Shown here piece by piece: positions 22,001-34,733 of a stretch of 53,728 nt of DNA. Both the position numbers and the translations under genes were made by a program. Source of the DNA: Catajapyx aquilonaris (taxonomy: Eukaryota); assembly GCA_000934665.2 (NCBI GenBank), contig KZ538687.1:1-53728 (forward strand). The letters run 5' to 3'. Under the pieces are notes generated by a model. The model was not told the origin of the DNA. It made no database searches and was given only the letters and a program-made list of their open reading frames with translations. Numbering within the stretch: the stretch's first letter is position 1; each line of letters starts with the position of its first letter.

Positions 22001-25000
22001 GTAAAACATGGCCCCTAAAGGTCGAAATCATTTTTGTGTGTTATGTGCCCACCTTAAAAATTAGATGACTTTATCTATTGAAGCTAGTGGCCACACGAGG
22101 GCACTAATTGTACTAAAAGGTCAACCATCCCTTAACACCCACAAAAAAAAAACCATTTGAAAAAAAAAAAAGAGGCTCGCTTTCAACCCCCACTAACCTA
22201 ACCGGTATTCCAACTTCTCCTCCAGAGAATGCTGAGAGAGTATATACACACACTAAAATAAATGTAGAGGCTACCATCTTTTTCTCTAGGTGTAATCAGG
22301 GTGTAACATTGTTCCCTGTAAACAATCAACCAATTCTGGAAAAAAACTGCCTCAAAATTTTTTTTATTAAACATATTTCCCACCTATTACACACCCTGTT
22401 GTCCACAAAAGGCTATCAACATCCCCCCCCCACTCTAATTATGCTAACCAGAGCGTGGGTTCGAAAAAGGGACATTGGAGGGTGAGGTCACTGTTCCAAT
22501 CGATCACAGGTCGATTCCTCTTGAAGGGGAAGTTTTTAATCAAGGTTTTTGTGTGGCGGAAAAGGAAGTTTGGTACATATATATACTAGCTCCGTCAGCT
22601 GCAAGGCGTCCATTTTCAACCCTCCTCTTATTTTTTTTTTCAAAGGGTGTCCTCTCAACCCCCTCACTTCCCTTCAAGATAATGAGGCCACCTTGGTTGT
22701 ATACAAGAGTGAAAATAAGGAAGCTTCTTTGTGGCTAATTTTTACATGGAAATCGTCTCCCTCAATATTCCCCCTTATTTTTTTCGCCTCCGGAACGCTC
22801 CGGAAGGAGAACGGTCCCTGGTGAGTGCTGCCACCTTCTGATCGCGGCGGAAAGATAGAAGTGCCCCTGGTGAGTTCTGCCACCTTCTGATTATGGCACT
22901 AAATCATCAGGCCTTGCCAAATTTTGGCAACGGGTGCGCTAGTTAATTATGATAGTCTATTTGGCAAGGGGTTAGCAACTCCCCCAAAAAAGTGTACACC
23001 AGATACTGGAACCAGGAGCAGCCACCGGTTCCAGGAAGTTGCTAACCCCTTGCGCTTTGGCCACTGTGCTAAATAAATAAACAAATATTAATTTCAACCC
23101 CTCCTCAATATTAATTTACATCCACAAACCCCCACATTCCTCATTTTTTTTTTAAAGCAGATATGTATCCCCCCTTCTGGAAAAACGTGTGTTTTCCGCA
23201 AGCATGACAGGGGTTTTACCAGACGCACAAAACCGGTCGTTTCGTGTTCCGGATTTTTATCTTATAAACCACCCCTATATTTTCGTGACAGCCCAACAAT
23301 TCCGCTGCTATAGGTACGAACCACCTGAAAAAAAAAAAATTATAAACAGTTTGACGAATCCAGTATGGGATTCAAAGATATGCACACCAAGTATCCCCCC
23401 CAAAAATAGCTAAGATTACAATCAGGTGTCCATTTTTCCTCGAAGTCTATAAAACAGTTTCTTCGAAATGGGGCCAAAGTGCGACACATGTCAACTGGAA
23501 TCCAACTCAGGAAATGATTCACACACGCTTCTAACCGCCAATTGCAGCCGTTGGTTGAATGCAAAAAATCATTTTGAAACCCTTTCTCAGAATATGTTTT
23601 GTACCAGAATATGTTTTCAAAATTAGAAATTAATCCAACAGTTGGCATCCTGCTAAACACACCCTGTGAATATCAGACCTCCTCAAAACTACACAAAAAA
23701 ATATTTACAACTACAAAAAATAAAAAAAAACCAGTGAGAACTCAGAACCTGAACTGCAACCGAAATGCAATGAAAGGAGATACTATATTATCCAGTTGGC
23801 CCTGTCTGGAAGACAAGGTGAAGGTCAAACAACCCCTCTACACCTCCCCACCCCAATTCCCCCTATGGAAAATCCCGGTTAGTGTCCTCCACATGCTTAG
23901 AAATAACGCCCCTCAAACTTTTTATTCTCACCAAATTAATGGGCGTGGTCAGAATTAGCCCCTTGCCTAATTAAGAAACTGGCTCATCATTAGCAAGAGC
24001 TTGGACATAATAGCTGAGCATATAATTTGAATAAATTCAAGATACTTTCCCTCCCCAGTATTGGTGACAGCCATTTGGAAAAGGGGGGGGTGTCAACATT
24101 CCAAATGTTATTTCCAGGCCTCCAGTTCAAAGGGAGGGGGCTTCCACTCAACTGGTTTTTTTTTGTTATACTGCTTCTTTTAGCACCTCCTGTGTGGCAA
24201 GCTGATGTTTCGCAAAATAAAAAAAAATTGACAAAACCACGCCCCTGACCTCCCACAAACATCACAAAGAAATAGTGAAAAACTGCCTAATTAATTAACT
24301 CAAAAACATGCCCAATTTACACACACTAAAAACACTAAATTAATTTTAAAATGTGTGCCGAATCCAATTGCAAACATTCATGTCCATATCTGTAATAAAC
24401 ATATGTAACGATTAGTCACGGAATGTCCATATCTGTAATAAACATAACTTATATAAAAATTAGTCTCCCTGTAACATAACTCCAATTAATTACTGTTTCA
24501 GGCGTTACAAGTACATGACCCAAATAGTAAGCACTTTTTTTTAAAAAAACTCTCAAGGGGAGTAGATTCCTACCCCTCCTCCTTTGTACTTGATAAAAGC
24601 GATAGGATGAAATGAGCCATTTCCGGAGAAGCAAGTGCAACAGGCGTAACAATTGCCTTCACCTTCTCTTTTCTTTTGTGCTGTCATTTTTTTTTTTTTC
24701 CTTTCAACTTCTTTTTTTTTCTTCTTCTTCCAAGACTCGTGCTTGGTTCAAAGTATACGCTCCGCTGCATTTTAAGACGCTGAATGCTAAAAACTCACTT
24801 GACGTCATAGCCTGGAATGCAATAGCCAATTTTTTAGTGCCACTAAAAAATAAAGACCGGTTGCAACAATGCATTGAATACAATACCACTCTCTTCTAAA
24901 TATATTATTCGGACAAATTGCAACAATGCAGTGCTTTCATAGGTGTTGTCACCGATGCAAATGGAAGACAGCAATTGGGCCCCAGGTCGTCCAATAGAGG

Positions 25001-28000
25001 ATGACAGCTGCTTCTGGCAATCGGAAAATCAATAAGAATCTACCCCCCCTCCCCTCCCCCCTCTCCACCCCCCCTCCCCTCTTTTTGCTGATGAGGGCAG
25101 CCACCTCTCTGACGTCACAGGACAAAACCACACCCCACACNNNNNNNNNNNNACGGACCCCCCTTTTTGAATTTGGCGCCCCCCCCCCCAAAAAAAAATG
25201 TCAACAATGATTATGGAAGCTAATAAATTAATCAGAATGGCCTCTTTTTTTTTGATGGCATTGCTGTTAATGCTTTATGGTTCATCGAGTATCCGGATTG
25301 CATTACGAGCCAATTACAAATCAAACGGGCGGTTTAAATGGTTTATCATAATCCGGCATGGGCTGCGCTTAAAAAATGGTCAGTGTGAATCAGTTTTTAC
25401 TATCTAATAACAGCACATGCTATGTAACTAGCAATGGCCTGAAAAGAAAAGAAAAAATGTTTAAAAAAAATCAAATACACAATGACACCTCGTTAACATC
25501 CCCCTTCAAGAGTGATTGATCAGGTTTTTAGTGCATGAAAGTCCAGTCCAGGTGAGACAGGTGAGCTTGGCCTTGATCCAGGCTAGTGATCCAGGATCAC
25601 CTCCCATTCACCCCACAACAGACTTAAAAAAAAAACACACGCTTCTTAAAAAACATTAAAAAAAGAAGACAGTTTGTGTAAAAGAAGATGGACGTTTCTC
25701 TCATCCCTCCCACGCAACACCCAAAATTTTTTTTCTTTTTCTTTCCCCTCGGTTTCATTCTTCTTCTCCGCTCCGTTACACTTCTCCAGGAAAAGCGTAA
25801 TGAAGCTAGGCTTTTAAAGAGATTTACGGCTCGCATTCCCAACCTTAATTTCAACCCCCCCACACCTTAAATGCTGTTTTTTTTATTCAGTACCTGAAAA
25901 AAAGGAGGGGGGGAATAAATGAGATGCTTCCTGCCAGACCCCTTGGATGCAACGCATTGTCAACACTTTCACATAATGCTAATGTAATGGCCATTGTTAC
26001 AATGAAATGGGTATTACACGTTACTCTCACATTGGCATAAAATGTGTCCCAGCAACAATTTTTAAAAAATTGAATTAATTCTACAGCAGACGTAACGACA
26101 TGCATAACCTTGCCAGTACGCGCAACTGCATTGTTTACAATTGCAGATGCAAATATGTATTGACGTAAACAAACAAGCCCTGGCAGCCAGTTTCCCTGAT
26201 GCCAATCACACAACTTCCTCCTCTTTTTTTTTCTCTCTCTCCCCTTTTCTCTCCATGTTGCAAGGTCATAACCTACTGTCAGCTATCATGCAATCTCTTC
26301 CTACCGCTCATCTATGTTATTAACTTGGCAGGCTATCTGGTGGAGTCCTGCGTTTCCACAGCACAGCATTATGTTAAAAATATGCGCACATAACAAATTG
26401 GTCCATTAGGCAACCATCGCTCTGATTGGATAATTAAATTTGCGGCAAGCTTCGCCGCATTGAGATTGCGCTTCCTAAAATCAGATTCACGCAGGCAGCC
26501 CAGTAAGAAAAATATCACACGTTACACTGCACGTAATGTACGGTGTGACTAGTTTTACTCGTCAAAAGTAATGATCATGTTCAGTACTAGCATTTGTACG
26601 CACTAAATTCTTCCAATAATAATTCAACATCTTGGTTTACACTCCCATTATCTACAGGCCTACTCGTAAAACATAGCATGCACAATCCAAACAAGATTGT
26701 AAAATACGACAACTAAAAATGTTGAAATTACCTGAAAATTTATTCCAGCCCCCACTATGTTGTCAAAATGTGTTAGTGTTTTCTGTTCCCCTCTTTGGAA
26801 CCGTTTCGCTTGGTTGTCATTATTCAGAGAGAGGTTTGGTGAACTATTTTTGGCAGTTGTCTTCTCCCCATTTCCCCTCAGCAATGCAGAACACCCACAA
26901 GCTATGCGACCGTTTAAAAAAAAGGTTTCGGCGAGGTTTTGCGAAGTAACAGGTAACCGCAAAATAATTCAGCACACAGTTCAGCTCAGGCCTGTTCGGC
27001 AATGGTGGTTACGTCATTGATACCAATTTCAGGACCGCCCAGACGACCAATCAGTGGATAACGAAAATTCAAGTAACGGCGTGAAACATTTCCTTTAAAT
27101 CCCTCAACTGCTTCTCGATTGTCAGGAAAAAAGTTGCACCGTCAGTGTGTGTGTGCAGCAAGGTCAGGTTCTGTTTGTCTGCTTCAGACCATAGCATCCG
27201 ACTGCGTAAGTCTAACGGTGCTTGACAAGCAAAATCAAGACTTTTCTGTTGTTTTTTTTTCCTGACAGCAAAAAAATTCTTGTAAAATTTTTTTCTTACC
27301 TTATCCCTCCTGTCTGCGATTCCCTTGGCTCTCCTCGTCTGCATACCATTCCTCACCACTGGCGGCGCAGCCGCAAGGGCTTTTCTTGCCTCCTCCAACT
27401 TCCTACTAACACTGCTATTACTACCACTGGCACTACACACCGGATGTTCACTGGGTCTTGATTGTTGCTGCTGCCTTTTATCCGAACTGGCAGCAGCTTT
27501 GGCCATGACTACGTCCGCACTGCACGAGGAGTCCGTGTCCGTCTTGGCTGCTGAATCACTACCGTTGACACTGCCTCCCTTATGCCCCATGGGTTTTGGC
27601 ACCTTCAGAGCAGCAATCTTCAGCTTGAGCCCACCCTAAAATACATGCAAAATATACCATTACATTTCTGGCAAAATTACCCGTTCCCATATAATTAATG
27701 TCGTCATTACATTTCGGCCTGTTACATTTACTCATTTGGTCGTTACGACCTGGGTCATAAACCAATTTACTCCCAAGGCTTGCACCACACTTCCAACGCT
27801 TCAACGTCTGCTATAATGGCTATGAATGCGACAAGACTAGCACAGTACACCAACTTCATTCTGATTCGAAGCTCCTGACAACCAACGTAAATAAACAACA
27901 AAATAATCGTACCGTCGCATTTCCATTAAAAAACTAATCTGGTTTGCCAGAAAAATACTCGATAAAGTGCCGGCATTTTCCAGCATGCTAAATAATTTTG

Positions 28001-29531
28001 CAATCATAATTCTAACAAATTGTACTACTTTTTTGCCTTACGGACATAGTGACGTCCTCTTACAAATTCTGGCAGACAATTTCCATTTTTGGACTGTCAC
28101 CATAAAGAGAATTCAAGATGTCTCTCCTTTAAGATCCAGTAAAATATGTAATGTGGCTCATAATCTTTCAGCGTTTTTTCTTCTTCCGCCATGATAACTT
28201 CGAAGGCATCTCTACCAAATTACCTGGTCAAAATTGGTCTCCCTGATTGAAAAGGTGTGCTCATGCGAATCTTCACTGACGGAGCTCCCTCCAGAACTCT
28301 GCCTGCTCCGACTCCTGCTGCTGCTGGCAACGCTGCTCCCTGAATCTGAATCGCTTCCGCTGCAGCTGTCGCTGTCCGAGTCCTGGAAAATGGCAAGAGC
28401 GTATGAGAGCGGACCCTTAAAACTGCAACCGTCAATACCAGGTTATGATTCCGTTTTCTGATGCTGCTGCTCTCAATAAATTCCGCATCATTCAAAAGAT
28501 TTACAGTCATGCCAGTATGCATTATGACCAAATACATTATGGAAAGCAAGGCTTGTAATCATTTGTAATATTACTTTACTGACAGCTACAAAATTATGTT
28601 ATTTGTCCACTGATATTCTTCATGAGGCTTGCTTGTACAGAGAGCGATACTTCTGTTGAGCCATATACATTACGGCGGATATTAATATAATTCTTACATT
28701 AATGCTGGGCAGGTCGTTTTATCCATTATATATTTTCCCTGCCTCTCCCAAACATTTCGCAAAATAATACTCACATCTGATGAGCTGCCAGAATCCTCAT
28801 CACTGTCCGAATTGCTCGATTCCGATCTAGATTCAGATGACACAGTGCCTGCCTCTTCCTCCGCAACAAACTTGCGATTCTCCTCCAATCTGGTGTCCAT
28901 CTCCTCATCATCTTCCTCCTCCTCCTCTTCCTCATCTTCCTCCTCTTCAGACTCCTCCTCCTCTTCGTCCTCATCCTCCTCGTCTTCAGAGGCATCCTTT
29001 CCCTCCTTGTCGACCGAAGCCCAGTTCTCCGCTATGGTGGTCAGCGGGCCTTTTTGTGGAAGGCCAGGCGTTGGAGGTTCCTGAAAAATTGTGCATCCAC
29101 ATTAAGACCCTGTGTGTGCGTGCCTACAAACTCTGACAGGAAAATAATGGCATAAGTTACAGCACAGTACTGCCAATTGGCAAAAGTAAAATTTATGTGC
29201 AGTACATTGTCAGTGAAAATGGCAATATTGTTAGCATCGTCTTGATCCTGGGTTATTCCAGTACCTTGATGGCTTCCATATCAACTGTCGAGGGCAGGTC
29301 CTCCGGCTCCGAATCATCCGACGGGTGGTGACTCATCACTGACTCCCACCCGGGTATGGCCGCATTAAGAAGAGGATGGGACGTCCCTGAAGACGCTGAA
29401 ATACTGCTCTTTTCTACTGGCTCGGGAGAACCACCATTGAGGAACTGCGTGCTGTGATGATGATTGTGGTGGGATTGATAGGTAGACCCGCCGGCTTTCT
29501 CCTGAGGCATATTGCACAGCTGTGACGCCAT
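10039..29531 (-). CDS. ash1: Histone-lysine N-methyltransferase Ash1 (H3K36; AT-hooks, AWS-SET-postSET, bromo, PHD, BAH); ~20 exons
   Basis: Probable ATG 29531; 5' exons 29531-29265, 29080-28775, 28382-28224, 27635-27300; ~9.4-kb intron; then exons from 17879 to stop 10039. Motifs: AT-hooks [17 protein letters not shown]-binding [29 protein letters not shown], bromodomain ([15 protein letters not shown]), PHD (IRCICG..MIQCERC.VWQH), BAH ([17 protein letters not shown]). The N-terminal exon linkage is less certain. Confidence 0.95.
18571..18695. repeat. 33-bp minisatellite, ~4 copies
   Basis: gaacgcagc..tagtaatg units; gtaatg at 18591, 18624, 18657, 18690. Confidence 0.85.
20147..20880. repeat. 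Dispersed direct repeat (three partial copies) flanking the MITE
   Basis: tatgtccgagctaccta.cccactttcggac at ~20148 and ~20829; partial copy at 20211. Confidence 0.7.
20453..20768. mobile_element. MITE with TAGGG..CCCTA termini and an interior of CGATA/TCGA repeats
   Basis: TIRs tagggctgtgcgatat / atatcgcacaacccta (1 mismatch). Flanking direct repeat taccaaaaaaa at 20441 and 20769. Confidence 0.85.
22816..22891. repeat. 49-bp-period direct repeat, 2 copies
   Basis: ccctggtgagtgctgccaccttctgat (22816) / ccctggtgagttctgccaccttctgat (22865). Confidence 0.8.
22964..23053. repeat. Inverted repeat / hairpin (mini-MITE-like)
   Basis: Perfect 17-bp IR gcaaggggttagcaact / agttgctaaccccttgc, with inner ctggaacc/ggttccag stem. 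Confidence 0.75.
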
Positions 29532-29726
29532 ACAGGCTTACGTTATTTATATTTATATATATATTTAATTTATATATAATTTTCTGTGGGTGCCTGCAGG
29601 CTTCCTCTGCGGGGTTGCAGGAGGGAATGGGTGGGCTGTGGAGGGGGCCTATTTGAGGCCACACCTGGAAAGCAAAGCACACGTTAATGTCACATACAAG
29701 TTGAACCATGTATAGCTATACACTAC

Positions 29727-29727
<1 letters not shown>

Positions 29728-29770
<43 letters not shown>
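29728..29770. repeat. (TTA)n microsatellite
   Basis: Perfect tta run just upstream of the first ash1 coding exon's acceptor. Confidence 0.95.
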
Positions 29771-29939
29771 CATTATCAAGAACCATATTTGACAGCATAT
29801 GACGCACTTTTCCCCCCAAAGTATGACTCAAAAAATCTCCCTGCGTCTTATAAGCGACAATACAGTGTCAGAGATGGCGATGATTGAGTAAAAATCTTAT
29901 GAATGAAATCTTATACATGGCATCAAGTACAGTACAATA

Positions 29940-30580
29940 ACTAAAATGCACTTTGTAATTAGCATGGACATGAGTCGTGTACTGCAATACCCACATCGCA
30001 CAATTGCAATTGAAGTACCTTGCATTGCTCAACCGCATGTGCAGACTGATATTCCAACATGTTCCTGCACACTGGAACGTTCCAGAAAAATCACAAATTG
30101 AACTGTACATAGCAATACAAGTATTTAAATACACATGTAATTAGCATGGGCATGAGCCATGTACTATTCACATCGCATAATTGCAATTGCAGTACTCCAG
30201 CAAAGGTCAACAGCATGGAGACTGACATTTCTCCAGAACGCTATGTAACAATACATAAAATTACTTAAATACACTGCAATTAGCATGGGCATGATCCACG
30301 TATTGCGGTACACACATCGCATTATTACAATTTAAGTACAGGTAACTAGCATAGTTCCAGTACGCCAACACAGTCCATTTAAAAATACATACAATTTGTA
30401 CTTAGCATGTGCTGTACACATCGCACAATTGTAAGTACCTAGCATTGACTGTCACTGTAATAATTCCCCCCTAATATTTAGGTCCCACACACACACACAC
30501 TTCGTACTTAGCAAGAGCCACATACTGCGGTACACGCACAGCATTGTTCAACCGCATGCGGCACTGACATTCCTCCAGCA
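29940..30580. repeat. Degenerate tandem repeat, ~5 units of 105-180 bp
   Basis: gtaattagcatgg..cacatcgca.aattgcaatt..agtac units near 29955, 30137, 30276, 30398, 30504. Confidence 0.7.
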
Positions 30581-31334
30581 GCCACACAGAAAATTCTCCA
30601 CCCCTTCCCGAAAAATTGTTTAGGTCCCACCCACACCTGGAAAAGTAGGTCAACTCCAACCGGTTGTCACAAAATCCCTCCAGCCAACCTGGACCACCTG
30701 TCTCCACCTCAGGGAACACTCCCAATTCAATCAGATTCCCCTCCCAAAATTAATTTAAAAAAATATTTCTTCTGTGGTCCACACTGTCTCTCTCCCTATC
30801 CACACATTCGAACACCTGAGTATAGTTGCGAACCGGGGGGGTTCCTTGTCTGTCAGTTGCCCCCAACAAACCCTCTGTGCGTGTGTGTGGGTACAGCCCA
30901 TTGGGAGGTATCCTGCCCTCCCTGGTTGCAACCCGTGGCCGCCCTCAGCCTCACCTCTCTTTAGGATCAGAACCCGGGCATCCTTTCCGTCAACATGACC
31001 CCGTCGCCATTCCACCCGAAAAACAAAATGGCGGTTTACTGGCTTTTTCGGGGGGGGAGGGGGGAGGGGGGGAGGGAGGAGAGCAGGGGGGGAAGGGGTN
31101 NNNNNNNNNNNNNNNNNNNNNNNNNNNNNNNNNNNNNNNNNNNNNNNNNNNNNNNNNNNNNNNNNNNNNNNNNNNNNNNNNNNNNNNNNNNNGGGGGGGT
31201 TGAAGGGTCAGGGAGTCCACCAACGACTATTGCCCCACGGATTGACCCGTGCTAGTTAATACTTGAATCACGATAACTGGTGAAGGCTACTGGCAGGGCA
31301 TCTCCAACTTGATTTTCCCACCTTTTCCTATAGC

Positions 31335-31440
31335 CAGGTAGTACAAAAAGTTGGGCCAATATTGGAGCCAATATTGGCCCAATATCTAAGATATTGGGCC
31401 AACATTCGTCCAATATTGGCCCAACTTTTTGTGCTACCTG
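31335..31440. mobile_element. Near-perfect palindromic MITE
   Basis: caggtagtacaaaaagttgggccaatattgga .. tccaatattggcccaactttttgtgctacctg; the whole 106 bp folds back. Confidence 0.8.
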
Positions 31441-32064
31441 TGGGAGGGTTCAGGGTTGTAATCGTGATGAGTAAGGTGCTGCCCAAAGAGCTCCTTAGTG
31501 TTGCCAATGGTGCTGCCTTTCCTATATGTAAGAATAATTTTGATTTAATTTAATTTATTGTAAGTAAATTGTATGGCGGAGTGACCTTGGGATCCATCGC
31601 GGAAACCGAAAATGACACCGACAACATTCCGTGTCATTGTCCTATTTTTTAATTTCCAAACTAAGGGTCCTGTTGGCAAAACTTGGCAAAAAGTGCGAAA
31701 GTGGAGGGTGGGAGACGCGCACCGCGATATCCGACGGTGACGCGCAGAAGTAATAGTCGCACTCAGCTGGTAACGCCACACAGCCTGTAACGTCAGAAAT
31801 GGGAACTCCGTGGTCGGCCATTTTTTGCGTGGGGTTTTTTTTTTTTTTTGCGTTTTTCCCCCTTCTTTTCAGGTTTACCAAGTTCCCCGGCACCGTTTCC
31901 AAAAACACAAAAGTTTATTGCAAATATAGAAAACGCGGGCTAAATTTTGACACCACTCCCAATGCTGTAGGCCATACACAGCGGGAGGAGTTGCCCTCAC
32001 AGAAGGATATTAATAATATCGAGTAGAAAAGGTCGACTCGAATCACGCTCGCTCGATTTTCGCT

Positions 32065-32325
32065 ATTTAACTATCGTTTATTTATTTAACTACCTATTAT
32101 TTAACTATTATTTAAATATAGTTTAACTAGTATTTAAATATTATTTAAATATAGTTTAACTAGTATTTAACTATTATTTAAATATAGTTTAACTAGTATT
32201 TAAATATTATTTAAATATAGTTTAACTAGTATTTAAATATTATTTAAATATAGTTTAACTAGTATTTAACTATTATTTAAATATAGTTTAATTATTATTT
32301 AACTGTTTATTTAACTATCGTTATA
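32065..32325. repeat. AT-rich 33-bp satellite built from 11-bp subunits
   Basis: (tatttaaatatagtttaactagtatttaaatat)n, ~5 clean copies plus degenerate edges. Confidence 0.92.
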
Positions 32326-32329
32326 GGCC

Positions 32330-33050
32330 GTGGAGGAGCTCCCCCATTGCCCATGACGTCACAACCATTAAGCCCCGCCCCTATGACTCACTTGGAGAAA
32401 CTTCATCTGAGCTAAAAGTAGGAGGAGCTCCCTTATCTCATATTGACGTCACCACCATGAAGGCCCCGCCCCCTTGGCCCACAGCCCCACAGTGATTGGC
32501 TGATTGATACTTGAAAATACATGGCCCTGAGCTCAAAGTGGGCGGAGCTCCCCGACGTCACGACCATTAAGCCCCGCCCCCTACCGGTCAGACCACCAGC
32601 GATTGGCTGATTGATACTTGAAGGTACGTGGCCCTGAGCTAAAAGTGGGCGGAGCTCCCGGACGTCACGGCCATTAAGCCCCGCCCCCTACCGGCCAGAC
32701 CTGCAACGATTGGCTGATTGATACTTGAAGGTACATGGCCCTGAGCTAAAAGTGGGCGGAGCTCCCCGACGTCACGACCATTAAGCCCCGCCCCCTACCG
32801 GCCAGACCTGCAACGATTGGCTGATTGATACTTGAAGGTACATGGCCCTGAGCTAAAAGTGGGCGGAGCTCCCCGACGTCACGACCATTAAGCCCCGCCC
32901 CCATACCGGCCAGACCCACAGCGATTGGCTGATTGATACTTGAAGGTACATGGCCCTGAGCTAAAAGTGGGCGGAGCTCCCCTCTCTCCTGACGTCACGA
33001 CCATTAAGCCCCGCCCTCTACCGGCCAGACCCGCAGCGATTGGCTGGATC
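32330..33050. repeat. 107-bp GC-rich tandem array (7 units) made of promoter-type motifs
   Basis: gacgtca at 32355, 32445, 32554, 32661, 32768, 32875, 32991. Core units carry ccccgcccc, gattggctgattga and gtgggcggag. Confidence 0.92.
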
Positions 33051-33947
33051 ATGTCATGTGACTATACTGCCAGGCGTGCCAACCACGGCCATGTCGGGGT
33101 GCCAACCGTATCCCCCGTCCATACGATCCTCTCTACTTCTTCTCCCTGCCCCCCGCCCGCGCCTCCTAGTCTCTAGTTAGCGGATCCGCCACCCGGCCCC
33201 ACCACAGAGCAACACCCTCTCCTGTCCCTCACCCCCTGCTCGCTCAGGAACCCACCCTCCCGCCACCTGTCGACGTCACTCCGAACCCCCAACGTCCATC
33301 TCCCACCACCGCTGGAAACACGACGGGACACCCCACGGCACTGGTGTCCCAGACCCCATCCTCGTGTTTCCAACCGTGCCCGAAGGTGTCCATTTCGGAA
33401 CCGCAGCGACGCTGGGGGTGAATCTGGAAAACAAGTGAGCGTCGACGAGTGGAACGGGGGTCTCTCCTCTTCTCGGTTGGTCGTCATCCTCTGTTGTTCT
33501 AAGTGTTCCTTCACTGGAAATCAGAGGGACTTCTTCGTATCAGGAGGCGGAGATGGAGGCAACAGGGGCGGCCCGTGGGTTGCCCATCGGGAGGATATGG
33601 AGGTAGTAGGAGGCAGAGGGGGCGATGGAACGGCCGGTGAGTCCAAAGAGGGTGGGCCATCAGGGGCTGTTCAGCAGAGGGGGGGCTCATCACCTGCCAA
33701 AATGTTTATGCGGAATGTTACCACTGGTTGTTATCGCCCAATTATGGCACACTAGGTACAGGCTCTACATGAAGGAGGTCATACCAAGTACGGTGGCGTA
33801 CGACCCGCTTTGCACCTGATCTAACAATAGACCTCTAAGGCCATTGGCTGGCTGTTGTCAATTTTATGCGACTTGTTGACAAACATGATCGCATCCATTG
33901 GCACTTTAATCGTATGGTTTTGCCTGATACATTGTTATGCCTTTAAA

Positions 33948-34733
33948 ATAACTCCGGCTGAAACAGACTTTCGGTTATAACAGACTCGAAAGGCCTGTCC
34001 CGCCATGCTTCTATAAGGCACCGTGTATTTTTGACTCCTGATGTAACAGACTCGTTTATTAACCTCACCTCAGCTATAATCAAGGGGTAAATCGCTCTTG
34101 TACGGTATACAAGGCGTGGGTGGGGGCCAATGGGTTTGGCGCGGGGCCTTTATGGTTGGGTCGCCATAACCAAAGTATATAGAAGTATATAGACCCTGGC
34201 CGTAACTCTGACAGTCCCCACAAGTACGACGAGTCCGCCTCTTTACAAGTCCATTGTACGCTCAACTGCTGAGTTATTTACCCCGTGGCTGTAACAGACT
34301 TGACAGGCTGGTCCCAACATACTTCCATAAGGCCCTGTGTAATTTTTTACTCCTGATAATTATAACAAGACTTGTTTTTCATCTCGCATTGGCTATAACA
34401 GACCATTTCTTGGCCCCTCGGTGGGAAAATATGGTGTTTTTTATAAAATTATTTCCAACCTGTCACTGATCCAACACTTGTCGAAAAGGTCAAAACCATT
34501 TTTATGGGTATATTTGGCTATGAAGGAGACTGTTGCAGATTTTTAATATCCGGCGTCATTTACTGGTCAGTTTATGTTGCATTTTTCTGTATAGTTTCAT
34601 GTACATTTATTACATTAATCAGTATGCGTTAGTGTGCATTAATTGCAAAAGTGGCGATAAGGCTATTAAAAGCCTCGGTTATAGCGTACTTTTTCCTGTA
34701 GTCCCTTGGAGTCTGTTATATCCAGAGTCATAT
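33948..34733. mobile_element. Degenerate non-autonomous DNA-transposon remnant with (T)ATAACAGAC subterminal repeats
   Basis: actccggctgaaacagact at the left versus inverted agtctgttatatccagagt at the right. Repeated taacagac motifs and an internal duplication (~33997-34055 vs ~34310-34375). Confidence 0.5.

Noticed and set aside
25088..25130. CTGATGAG as a hammerhead ribozyme core
   Set aside because: No stem II closed by CGAAA follows.
18801..26960. Short ORFs in the large ash1 intron as nested genes
   Set aside because: Homopolymer-rich, no coding-like composition, motifs or consistent exon chains.
31100..31192. N runs (also 21389-21410, 25141-25152)
   Set aside because: Assembly gaps at G/C or T homopolymers, not biological features.
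32330..33050. 107-bp array as a CRISPR array
   Set aside because: Units are homologous along their whole length; there are no unique spacers.
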